From: an uncultured delta proteobacterium
GTDB taxonomy: Bacteria; Desulfobacterota; Binatia; UBA9968
Reading direction: 5' to 3'
Assembly (NCBI GenBank): GCA_963745035.1
Contig: CAVUVW010000017.1
Span: 256,001-320,000 of the forward strand
DNA length: 64,000 nucleotides
In this document: positions 51,568 through 64,000 of the stretch, in pieces
Layout of the letters: every line of letters starts with the position of its first letter
Position numbering within the stretch: the first letter of the stretch is position 1
Translations under genes and position numbers: made by a program
Notes under the pieces: generated by a model
Told to the model about the DNA's origin: nothing
The model's input: only the letters and a program-made list of their open reading frames with translations
Database searches by the model: none

Positions 51568-51690
51568 GACGGCCTCCAAATCTCCCGAGTATTTCGACGG
51601 GCACCCACCGTGTGTCGGTTACTATTCCCTCTCTACTACCGTCACCCTTCCTTCTTCCGCGAGCGGCCGAGAGGGTAATATAAGTCCAGG

Positions 51691-53484
51691 TCAGCCATTT
51701 AGAGTAGCTCGGCTCGCTTGGCGCAATTCTTTCGTCGCTGCGGTATCCAGCTCGAATCTCCGCCCGCTTTGGCGGATCGCAACGCCGTAATCACGTCGCG
51801 CCGCCTCCGACGACACGTAGCCGGAGCGCACATCCGCGAGCACGCGTTCAGGGTCACGCTCCAAAGGCGATCCAAAACCGCCGCCGCCACCGACCTCGAC
51901 GAGAAAGCCGTCTTCGACCTCGAGCGCTACATGGCCGATAGTTTTCCCGGTTGGAAGTCTCTGCACCGATCCATCCTTGCGCACGATGCTGAAGCGGTTG
52001 GCGAGCGCATCCTTCCCGCCATGCAGTCCCCAGGGCGCGCACAGGGTCCGCTCCATTGCGGATTGCACGCTGCCCGGCGCGCGCATGCGCACTTCCTGGG
52101 CCACGCCGAGACCACCGCGAAATTTTCCCGCGCCGCCGGAATCTTGGCGCAATTTTCGATAGGCGATGAACACCGGGCCTTTGCCTTCCCCCGCTTCCAC
52201 CGGAGTATTGTGCGTGTCGCCGTCGTTGATGCAGAACGTGGCGTTCTGGCCATCGCGATCGTGCAGCGCGCCCCAACCACCGCCCGATAACGTCTGAGGA
52301 AAATGAAATGTCCTACCGGTCCTGGGATCCAAGCCGAAAGTGCGCGGAGCGGCAAGATCAGCATGGTGGCCAGCCAAAACATTCTCCGGGCAGGCCGATG
52401 CGAGAGCTTTGAAAATCGTGTCCGCCACTGTCATCGGCACAGTCATCCACGTGCGCACCGGCGCCGGTTTGGTCGCGCTCACGACCCGGCCCGGCGGCAG
52501 GACCACTTTCAACGGCCGAAACGAACCTTCGTTGATCGGCAAGAATAGCGGCGTCGTCAAAAACTTGAACGCGACCTCGGATGCCGACCGCCCCGCCGTA
52601 GAACCGGAATTGTAAGGACCCGCCACTTGCGGGCTCACACCGCTCAAATCCACCGTCATCTCGCCGCCGCTGACCTCGACTCTCACTTTGATTGGAATGT
52701 TCTTGCCGAGATTGACACCGTCATCGTCCATGAACGACTCGGCTTCATAGACGCCGTCGGGAATTTTTTCCACCGCGGCGCGCGCGAGCTTCTCGCTTTG
52801 CGCGAAGATCAGCCGCACGCTCTCTTTAAAAGTCGTCGAACCATAGCGCTGCAGCAGCTGTGTCAGGCGCCGCTCTCCTGTCCGGATCGCCGCGAGCTGG
52901 GCGCGAAAATCGCCCATGGCGAATTCCGGCAAGCGGCAATTGCTGCGAATGATCGCGGTAAGCTCGGCGTCCTGTTTGCCGTCCTTGAAGATCTTCACGA
53001 ACGGCATCTGCAGACCTTCGGAAAAAATATCCCGAGTCACTGCGCCGAGCACGCCGCCGACGTCCTGCCAGTGCCCCATGGACGAGGCGAAGGCGACCAA
53101 TTCGCCATCATGGTAAATCGGCAGGGTGAAAATCATGTGGTTCAGGTGGCTGCCCATGACCTGGGGATCGTTGGTGAGGAGAATGTCGCCGGGAAAGATG
53201 TTTTCCTTGCCCCAATGCTCGAGCTTGGCCTTGATCGCGTCGGAAAGACCTCGAATGAACATCGGCAAACCAAGGCCGATGGAGATCGTGTTGCCGTCGG
53301 CGTCGAACAAGCCGACGGTGAAATCCTCCGCCTCGTAGATGATCATGTTGTAGGCGGTGCGCATGAGATTGGTCTTCATCTCGTCGGTGATCGCCACGAC
53401 GGTGCTGCGAATCACCTCCGCTGTGAAAGCATCCACGGTGGCTTCGCCCCGCTCGGCATTGCAAATTTCAGACTTCATCTTCAC
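51691..53484 (-). CDS. Hydantoinase B/oxoprolinase family protein, copy 2
   Basis: MRTAYNMIIYEAEDF, PGDILLTND…SHLN, HWQDVGG, EGLQ, DSGGAGKFRGG, GGGGFG. Confidence 0.92.
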   Translation of the reverse strand: MKMKSEICNAERGEATVDAFTAEVIRSTVVAITDEMKTNLMRTAYNMIIYEAEDFTVGLFDADGNTISIGLGLPMFIRGLSDAIKAKLEHWGKENIFPGDILLTNDPQVMGSHLNHMIFTLPIYHDGELVAFASSMGHWQDVGGVLGAVTRDIFSEGLQMPFVKIFKDGKQDAELTAIIRSNCRLPEFAMGDFRAQLAAIRTGERRLTQLLQRYGSTTFKESVRLIFAQSEKLARAAVEKIPDGVYEAESFMDDDGVNLGKNIPIKVRVEVSGGEMTVDLSGVSPQVAGPYNSGSTAGRSASEVAFKFLTTPLFLPINEGSFRPLKVVLPPGRVVSATKPAPVRTWMTVPMTVADTIFKALASACPENVLAGHHADLAAPRTFGLDPRTGRTFHFPQTLSGGGWGALHDRDGQNATFCINDGDTHNTPVEAGEGKGPVFIAYRKLRQDSGGAGKFRGGLGVAQEVRMRAPGSVQSAMERTLCAPWGLHGGKDALANRFSIVRKDGSVQRLPTGKTIGHVALEVEDGFLVEVGGGGGFGSPLERDPERVLADVRSGYVSSEAARRDYGVAIRQSGRRFELDTAATKELRQASRATLNG

Positions 53485-53543
53485 GGCTCACCGTTCTTGG
53501 AAACGGCTTGAACGATTTGAACTTTTTGAACAGCTTGAACCTT

Positions 53544-54383
53544 TTAACCCTTCGCGTGGATTCCCTCGCCGGTCAGATAGTCGTACAGATTGGCGACGTT
53601 CAGCTGCATCACCCGCGGCGACATACCGTCCTGGCCGACGTCCATCGGGTACCGATCGGTCAAAGCCGTAAGATTCGCGACGCACTCTTCTTTATTCATC
53701 CCGCGCTCGATGCCGCCGCGCACATAGTCGACCCACTCGCGAACGAACGAGCCTTGTTCGTCCAAGTAGCGCTTGTCGCACACCGGCCCGTGGCCCGGAA
53801 CAAACGTGTCCTCGCGAAGAGCGCGCAAGGATTCGAGCGCCTTCAACCAATGATCCGGATTGGCCTCTTGGAGCCAAGTCTGCACTTTGCAAAAAATATT
53901 GTCGCTGGTAAAAACCACGCCTTCTTCTTCGACAATGACGGCGGCCTGATAGGGCGTATGCCCAGGCATGTGGATCATGCGAAACGTGTGGTTGCCGACG
54001 TGCAAGGTCATCTCGCTGTCAAAAGTGATCACCGGCACGTTGGCTTTGTAGTTTTCCAGCAGAGCCGGCTCATCGGGACCAAACGAACCGACCCGCGCGC
54101 AGTGTGCGGCCAGATCAGTGCCGAGGATTCGCGTTCTGACACCCTGCTGCGCCACGACGGGCACGTCGAAAAACGCATTGCCGGTCCAGTGATCGCCGTG
54201 AGGCTCGGTGTTGATGATGTAGCGCAACCGCCCGCGCCGCTCGATCTCCCCTTTCAAGCGCATGGCGTCGCTCGGCTTGTGCGGCGTATCGATAAGTACA
54301 ATTCCGTCCGACGTCGCCACGATGCCGTGGTTGGCGCCCTTCAGCTCGGTCTCGACGAAGACATTGGCTGTGAGCTGCTTCAT
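53544..54383 (-). CDS. MBL-fold metallo-hydrolase (cyclase-like)
   Basis: INTEPHGDH (variant HxHxDH), PGHT, FTSD, VPGHG. Confidence 0.87.
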   Translation of the reverse strand: MKQLTANVFVETELKGANHGIVATSDGIVLIDTPHKPSDAMRLKGEIERRGRLRYIINTEPHGDHWTGNAFFDVPVVAQQGVRTRILGTDLAAHCARVGSFGPDEPALLENYKANVPVITFDSEMTLHVGNHTFRMIHMPGHTPYQAAVIVEEEGVVFTSDNIFCKVQTWLQEANPDHWLKALESLRALREDTFVPGHGPVCDKRYLDEQGSFVREWVDYVRGGIERGMNKEECVANLTALTDRYPMDVGQDGMSPRVMQLNVANLYDYLTGEGIHAKG

Positions 54384-54412
54384 GCGTCACCTTATTTGAG
54401 AACTGTAAGTCT

Positions 54413-54646
54413 TTTCACCACGAAGCGCACGAAGGCCACGAAGGATTCAGCACATACATTTTTTAGCTTCGTGCTCTTCGTGTGCTCCTTCGAAAATAAC
54501 AGATAGAGAAAGATTTCTCACTTCGTTCGAAATGACGGATGCGGCGTGCGCCTAATTGTCATTTCGAGCGGATGCGAGAAATCGTTCCCGATGCTTTTTC
54601 CTTATCTGTGCGTGAGCGTAAGCTCATGAATCACTTCGTGGTGAAA
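54413..54646. repeat. Nested repeat element: CACGAAG 9-bp arms with 13-bp terminal inverted repeat enclosing a GTCA-type REP doublet
   Basis: TTTCACCACGAAG (54413) / CTTCGTGGTGAAA (54646); inner GATTTCTCACTTCGTTCGAAATGAC … GTCATTTCGAGCGGATGCGAGAAATC at 54512-54583. Confidence 0.7.
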
Positions 54647-54658
54647 TGTGACTTACCT

Positions 54659-56434
54659 TCACTGCGCTCGACTTCGCCGCAGCTCCGCCGTCGCATCCAC
54701 ATCCAACTCGAAACGTCGCCCCTGCTGCCGAATCACCACGCCATAATCGCGCCGCGCCGCTTCCAGCGACACGTAACCCGCGCGCACGTCGGCGAGCACG
54801 CGCTCGGCGGCGCGCTCGAGCGGATTCCAAAACCCGCCGCCGCCTGCCGTTTCGATCAAGAATGCGTCGCCAGCGTCGATCTCCGTCGGTTTGATTTTGC
54901 CTGAGGGAAATTTTTCCACCTCGCCATCTTTGCGCCGGATGGTGATGCGATTCGCCAGAGCGTCCTTGCCTCCGTGCAACCCCCATGGCGCGCAGATCGT
55001 GCGCTCCACGTGGGCATGGATCGTCGCCGTCCGGCGCATGCGCACTTCGTTGGCCACGCCCAGGCCGCCGCGAAATTTTCCCGCGCCGCCGGAATCCTGG
55101 CGCAGAGTTCGCCGCTCGACGATGATCGGGCTCTTCGCTTCCGTCGCTTCCACCGGCGAGTTGTGCGTGTCGCCGTCGTTCAAACAAACCGTTGCGCTCA
55201 TGCCGTCTTCATCGTGTTTCGCGCCCCAACCCCCGCCCGGATGGCCGATATGCGACCAGAAAAACCGGCCCGTCTGCGCATCGAAACCGTGCGGATTGAC
55301 CGTGCACAGGTCGGCATAATGACCGGCGATCGTTCGGTCCGGACAGGCCGGGGCCAGCGCCCTGAAAAATCGTATCGCATACGGTCATCGGCACGGTCAT
55401 CCAGACGCGCACCGGCGCCGGCTTGACCGCGCTCACGACACGGCCCGGCGGAAGAATGATGTTGAGGGGCCGAAACGAACCGTCGTTGATCGGCAATAAC
55501 AGCGGCGCGGTGATGCACTTGAAGACCAGCTCCGCAGCCGAGCGCCCCGCGGTAATCCCGGAATTGTAAAATCCGGCGACCTGCGGGCTCACGCCCGAGA
55601 GATCGATCGTCATCTTGTCGCCGGCGACTTCGACCCGAACTTTGATCGGGATGTGCTTGCCGAGATTGACGCCGTCGTCGTCCATGAACGACTCGGCCTC
55701 GTAAACGCCGTCAGGAATCTTCTCTACCGCCGCGCGCGCGAATCTTTCGCTCTGCTCGTACACCAGCCGGATACTTTGCTTGAACGCCTCGTTGCCGTAG
55801 CGTTGAGCAAATGCAGCAAGCGCCGCTCGCCGGTCCGAATCGAGGCCAGCTGCGCGCGCATATCGCCCATCGCTCGCTCCGGCACGCGCACGTTGGCGCT
55901 TAATGATCGCCGTAAGCTCCGGGATTTTCTTTGCCGGCCCGGAAAGATTTTTACGAACGGCAGCTGCAGGCCTTCGGAAAAAATATCGCGGGTGACGCCG
56001 CCAAGCTGTCCGCCTACGTCCTGCCAGTGCGCCATGGAAGAGGAAAACGCCACCAGCTCGCCGTCGTTGAAAATCGGCAGGGTAAAGATCATGTGATTCA
56101 AATGGCTGCCCATGGTGTAGCTGTCGTTGGTCAGCAGGATGTCGCCGGGCTCGATGTTTTCCTTGCCCCAAAACGCGATCTTCGCCTTGATCGCATCCGA
56201 CAGGCCGCGGATGAACATCGGCAACCCCAAGCCGATCGAGATCGTATTGCCGTCGGCGTCGAAAAGACCGACGGTGAAATCTTCCGCCTCGTAGATAATC
56301 GTATGATACGCCGTGCGCATGAGGTTGGTCTTCATCTCGCCGGTGATTGCCACAATCGCGCTGCGAATCACCTCCGCGGTAAAGGCATCCACTTTTTCCT
56401 CGCTGCGCTCGGAATTGCCAATTTCAGATCTCAT
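54659..56434 (-). CDS. Hydantoinase B/oxoprolinase family protein, copy 1 (several frameshifts)
   Basis: Segments in ORFs 55724-56434, 55209-56171 and 54659-55201 align colinearly with copy 2. Confidence 0.8.
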
Positions 56435-56493
56435 ATCTCACAGCTAAACGGCTTGAACGATTTGAACCTTTTGAACGGCTTGAACGCGCGCAA

Positions 56494-58553
56494 TTACTGC
56501 GCGCTTCCGAGTTGCATCATCAAATGGCCGAACTCATTGACCGTCACGGTGTCTCCGGGCTCGACCACGGTCGTCGAGGCGACTTCTTCGATGATCGCCG
56601 GGCCGGCGATGACATTGCCCTGCAAGCAGCTTGGCGCGGTCGTATACCGGCGCTTCGAGCGCTCCGGCGCCTTCGAAAAGCACTGTGCGAACGCCGCGCC
56701 GCGCGCTTGCCGGCGGTGTCTTCTCGCCCTGGGCGATTTGCGCGAACTGCGGTTTTCCCAACCGTCCGATCGCGGAGACGCGCAGGCTCACGATGTCGGC
56801 GGACTCCTCCGGCGCGCTGTGGCTGTAGCGCAGATCGTGAGCCTCGTCGAACAGCCGCTTGATCTCGGCCCGCGCCGACTCATCGCCGGCATTGGCCGGC
56901 ATGCGCACCGCCACCGCGTGCTCCTGGCCGACGTAGCGCATATCCGCGGCGCGCTCGAAAACGATTCGGTCCGGCGGAATGCCGGATGCCTCCAATGCCT
57001 GCCGGCCTTCATCCTCGAGTTTTTTGAATTGATCCTCCAACTGGAACATTTCCAGATCGTCCATGCGCTCGAAAAGCGTTTGCACGTAGTCGCGGCGCAG
57101 ATCGGCCATAAGCATGCCGAGCGCGGAAAAATGGCCGGGCGCGTTGGGAATGATAATCTTCGAAATCGACAATTCCTTGGCCACCGAGGCGGCGTGCAGC
57201 GGTCCGCCGCCGCCATAGGCGACCAACGTAAAATCGCGCGGATCGAGGCCGCGCTCGAGGGTCACATGACGCACCGCGTTGGCCATCGCCGCGGTGGCGA
57301 CTTGCAGCATGCCGGCGGCCGCCCGTTCTAGATTCACGGCCAGCGGCTGCGCTAGTTTCTCGCTTAAAGCTTTCTCCGCGGCGCGGCGATCGAGACGCAT
57401 TTCGCCGCCGAGAAAACTCTCGGGCGAAAGCCGCCCGAGAATAACATTGGCGTCCGTCACCGTCGGCTCCGTGCCGCCGCGTCCATAGCTCGCCGGTCCC
57501 GGCTCCGCGCCGGCGCTGCGCGGGCCGACGTGTAAACCGCCGCCTTCGTCGAGCCATGCGATGCTGCCGCCGCCGGTGCCGACTTCGACGATGTCGAGCA
57601 CGGGAATTCGAATGGCGAGTCCCTCGTTGTAGCCGCCGATGAAATAGTCGGGCGAGAGGCTTGGCTCGCCGCGCCGGATCACACTAGCCTTGGCGGTCGT
57701 GCCGCCCATGTCGAAAGCGATGGCGGCGTCGACGTCGAGCATTTCGCAGAGCGCCATGGTGCCGACCACGCCGCCCGCCGGTCCGGACTCCATCATCTGA
57801 ATGCATTGACGCCGCGCCATCTCCACGTCGGACAAGCCGCCGTTGGACTGCATGATCATCAAATTGCCGGCGAAGCGGTGATCGCGCAGGCGGCGCTCGA
57901 GATCGCCGAGGTATTGGCTCACCTTCGGCCCGACGTAGGCGTTGGCGGCGACGGTCGAAGTCCGCTCGTACTCGCGGTACTCGCGCGACAGCTCATGGGA
58001 GGCGCTGAGAAACAGCTTGGGCTCGGTCTCCCGCAGGATCTCGCACATGCGGATCTCATGCTCGGGCGCGCGATAGGAATGCAGAAACAGCACCGCCACC
58101 GCTTCGAAGCCCTCTTCCTTTATGATGCGCGCCACTTCGCGGGCTTCCTCTTCATCAAAAGGCGTGCGCACCGATCCATCGGCGAGCATGCGCTCGGTGA
58201 CTTCGAAGATGTTCTCCCGCGGCACGAGCGGCCGGTGCTTGCGAAAGCGCGGATTGAAAGACTCCGGCCGATTGATCCGGCCGATCTCGTAGACATCGCG
58301 AAATCCTTTGGTCGTGATCAGCGCCGTTTTGGCTCCTTGACGCTCGATGATCGAGTTGATGACCACCGTCGAGCCGTGAATCAAACTGGAAACTTCGCCG
58401 AAGCGGACCGCTGGCTTTCGTGAGACCTTCCAAGACGCCGCGCGCCAGCTCCGCCGGCGTCGACAACGCTTTGGCCAACGCCAACGAGCCGTTGGCTTCG
58501 TCAAAAACCACCACGTCGGTAAATGTTCCGCCGATGTCGACTGCTACCCGCAA
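56494..58553 (-). CDS. Hydantoinase A/oxoprolinase family ATPase subunit (frameshifts ~58410 and ~56625)
   Basis: MRVAVDIGGTFTD, HGSTV, REYERTST, ESGPAGG, DMGGTT, GPRSAGAEPGP, AYGGGGPLH; C-terminal …EFGHLMMQLGSAQ*. Confidence 0.88.
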
Positions 58554-58682
58554 TTATCTTCTCTCCGCTCAGAATGTCAAATTACAGAGTTCAAATGTTC
58601 AAGTGTTGGAGCGCTCGAAACATTGATCCGAAACCGTATGAACATCTGACGACTTGAAATCTGACACATCGCGATGTCCATC

Positions 58683-59048
58683 TCATCCGCATCTGTGGTT
58701 GGCGAGATATTCGCTAAGCCACTTGTTCCAGGCCTCGTCGATCCTGCGAATCGCGCTCAATTGCGGATCTTCGGTCCGTTCTGTTTCGACGATCGTCGCC
58801 ACGCGCAAATCGACCCCGGCAAGATGCGGATCGGCGCAGAAATGATCGCGTACCATCACCGTGCCGCTGCTCTCCAATTGCCACAGCGCGCGATCCGCCG
58901 CCGTACGGTCGATGCTGGATTTTTCCAGGGATGCGTACAGCTCCGTCATAAAACGAGCTTTGGCATTGCGGCTGCGCAATAGCGTGGTGACCGCATCGCG
59001 AGCGGCCTTGTCGATTGAAGAGCTTCCGGATTCCGAGGTGTGACCCAT
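58683..59048 (-). CDS. Hypothetical protein with DHFCADPH and C-terminal HRCG motifs
   Basis: 121-aa ORF filling the gap between hydantoinase A and selA; TTGACA upstream at ~59105-59110. Confidence 0.65.
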   Translation of the reverse strand: MGHTSESGSSSIDKAARDAVTTLLRSRNAKARFMTELYASLEKSSIDRTAADRALWQLESSGTVMVRDHFCADPHLAGVDLRVATIVETERTEDPQLSAIRRIDEAWNKWLSEYLANHRCG

Positions 59049-59214
59049 TTCAGTCCGCGCGTGCGAGCGCACTGCACTGAACTCTTAATGAACCCTCCGG
59101 ACCTTGTCAAACAATCATCGGAGCCGCTGGCAGTCTTTCGCAAGCAGACCTTCATTCTCACGCGATGAATCGAAAGTTGAATTTACTGGTTCCGTGTGCA
59201 AGGCTTTGCTCCTC

Positions 59215-60616
<1,402 letters not shown>

Positions 60617-60670
60617 CGGACGTAAGCTTTCCAATCCAAAATCCGAAAATCGAAAATCCAAAATTGAATC

Positions 60671-62605
<1,935 letters not shown>

Positions 62606-62633
62606 GGTAGCCCTGGTCGGTATCTTTGGGGAC

Positions 62634-62709
62634 GTCACCCCCGAATGTTTTAATCGGGGGTCCAGTCCGAATTTGATCTGGATTCCCGCTAAAAACATGC
62701 GGGAATGAC
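62634..62709. repeat. GTCA/TGAC-bounded REP doublet
   Basis: GTCACCCCCGA…TCGGGGGTCCAG and CTGGATTCCCGC…GCGGGAATGAC, two inverted hairpins. Confidence 0.75.
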
Positions 62710-62750
62710 GGAGTCCGGACGCAGCAAGCTGAGGAGTCAAACCGCCCGCA

Positions 62751-62779
62751 TTGAAAACCGCTGCTTATAGATTTACAGT
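62751..62779 (+). promoter_or_regulatory. Putative sigma70 promoter for selD
   Basis: TTGAAA-17 nt-TACAGT ending 9 nt before ATG 62789. Confidence 0.45.
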
Positions 62780-62788
62780 TGGCGAGTC

Positions 62789-63844
62789 ATGCTTTTGAAA
62801 ACGAGAAAAGCCGTGCGGCTGACGCAAGAGGTCAAGGCCGCGGGTTGAGCCGCCAAGCTCGGCCCAGCCGACCTCGTGCAAGTTTTGCACGGCCTGCCCA
62901 AGTTTAACCATCCCGACATGCTGGTCGGCACCGAAACCGCCGACGATGCCGGGGTGTATCGACTGCGCCCCGACCTCGCCATCGTCAACACCGTGGATTT
63001 TTTCACGCCCATCGTCGACGACCCCTACATTTTTGGTCAGATCTCGGCGGCCAATTCGTTGAGCGACGTCTACGCGATGGGGGGCGAGCCCAAAACCTGC
63101 ATGAACATCGTCTGCTTTCCCAAAGGCAAGATGGACATCGAAATTCTCGGTGAGATCTTGAAAGGCGGCGCCGAGAAGGTCAAAGAAAGCGGCGCGGTGG
63201 TGATCGGCGGTCACAGCATCATCGATGAAGAAATCAAGTTCGGCATGGCCGTGACCGGCGTGATTCATCCTGACAAGATCTTCCGCAATGTCGGCGTTCA
63301 GGAAGGCGATGTACTGATCCTGACTAAACCGCTGGGCACCGGAATCATTACGACCGCGCTCAAAAAGGGCAAAGCTTCGGAAGAAAGTGTCGCGGAAGCC
63401 GTCAAATCGATGACGACTCTCAACGCCGCCGCGTCCGCCGTAGCGCGCAAGCATCCCGTACATGCCTGCTCCGATGTCACTGGTTTTGGCATTCTCGGTC
63501 ACTCTCTGGAAATGGCGAGCGGCAGCGGCGTGACCTTGGTCATCGAATCGGCCAAGCTGCCGCTGCTCCGCGGCGCGCCGCGCCTGGCCGAAAAGGGCTA
63601 CGTCACCGGCGGTTGCAAACGGAATCAGGATTATTTGTCGGACAAGATGGTCATCGACAAAGGGCTGCGAGAAGGACTCGTTCAAGTGGCGCTCGATCCG
63701 CAAACCTCGGGCGGCTTGTTGATCGCCGTCGCCAAACGCCACGCCGCCAAGCTGCTCGACGATCTGCGCGGCGCCGGCGTCGCTCACGCCGCCGAAGTCG
63801 GCTACGCCACCGCGCTGCAAAAACCCTGGGTTCGCCTTGCCTAA
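62789..63844 (+). CDS. selD: Selenide, water dikinase (selenophosphate synthetase), Sec-containing
   Basis: MLLKTRKAVRLTQEVKAAG-U(TGA 62846-62848)-AAKLGP in frame with ORF 62876-63844; DDAGVY, TVDFFTP, DVYAMGG, GGHS, DVTGFG, DPQTSGGLL. Confidence 0.95.
62875..62891 (+). promoter_or_regulatory. SECIS-like hairpin of selD
   Basis: CGUGCAA-GUU-UUGCACG, loop G 34 nt after UGA. Confidence 0.65.
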
Positions 63845-64000
63845 GGGCCACCTTCCCATTCAATTTCTCCGTCGCGCTCTCGATCGCTTCCGACACTCTC
63901 AATCTGAAACCCGCAGGAATTTGGCTTATTCTTTGCTAAAGTATTTTCAACATGCCGGCACCGGACTCGCTGCAAAGCCTCGCGCGCCTTTACAATCTGC

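Noticed and set aside
50008-51678. Long antisense ORFs (for example 50008-51678, 60344-62083, 55931-57331, 45953-47332)
   Set aside because: Shadows of well-supported genes on the opposite strand in GC-rich DNA, with no motifs.
58620-58685. TGA after HRCG as a third Sec codon
   Set aside because: Read-through runs into a repeat-like spacer and the AGUUU hairpin seen after the other two UGAs is absent; treated as a stop unless homologs show Cys here.
62606-62788. tRNA-Sec (selC) between selB and selD
   Set aside because: The structure is a GTCA/TGAC REP doublet; no UCA anticodon arm, T-loop GTTCGA or CCA end.
63952-64000. Start of a gene at the right edge (MPAPDSLQSLARLYNL)
   Set aside because: Only 16 codons visible; cannot be assigned.

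Overview
GC-rich bacterial chromosomal window. Gene content suggests a Candidatus Binatia / Deltaproteobacteria-like organism (inference only). At least 15 genes are split by single-base indels, mostly +1 insertions, which most likely reflects long-read consensus error. 1-13 kb holds mixed housekeeping genes (UvrD/PcrA helicase, TrmJ, Fpg, GST, carboxyltransferase). 13-58 kb is a catabolic/uptake region: a tandemly duplicated [Rieske-A, SBP, Rieske-B] unit upstream of one ABC transporter, gentisate dioxygenase, a salicylyl-CoA-hydroxylase-like flavoprotein, an aryl-AMP ligase, four amidohydrolases, 12 solute-binding proteins and a hydantoinase/oxoprolinase A + 2xB cluster. 59-64 kb is a selA-selB-selD selenocysteine cluster. 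The most notable hidden signal is two genes read through an in-frame UGA that the ORF track misses: SelD (GUAAK) and an unannotated glutaredoxin(UxxC)-DinB fusion at 43748-44522. Both UGAs are followed by the same SECIS-like hairpin (7-bp stem, A-GUU-U apex). Many intergenic gaps carry inverted arrays of 7/8/9-bp tandem repeats, REP-like hairpins or a ~125-bp MITE. No CRISPR, rRNA or tRNA (including selC) was seen.
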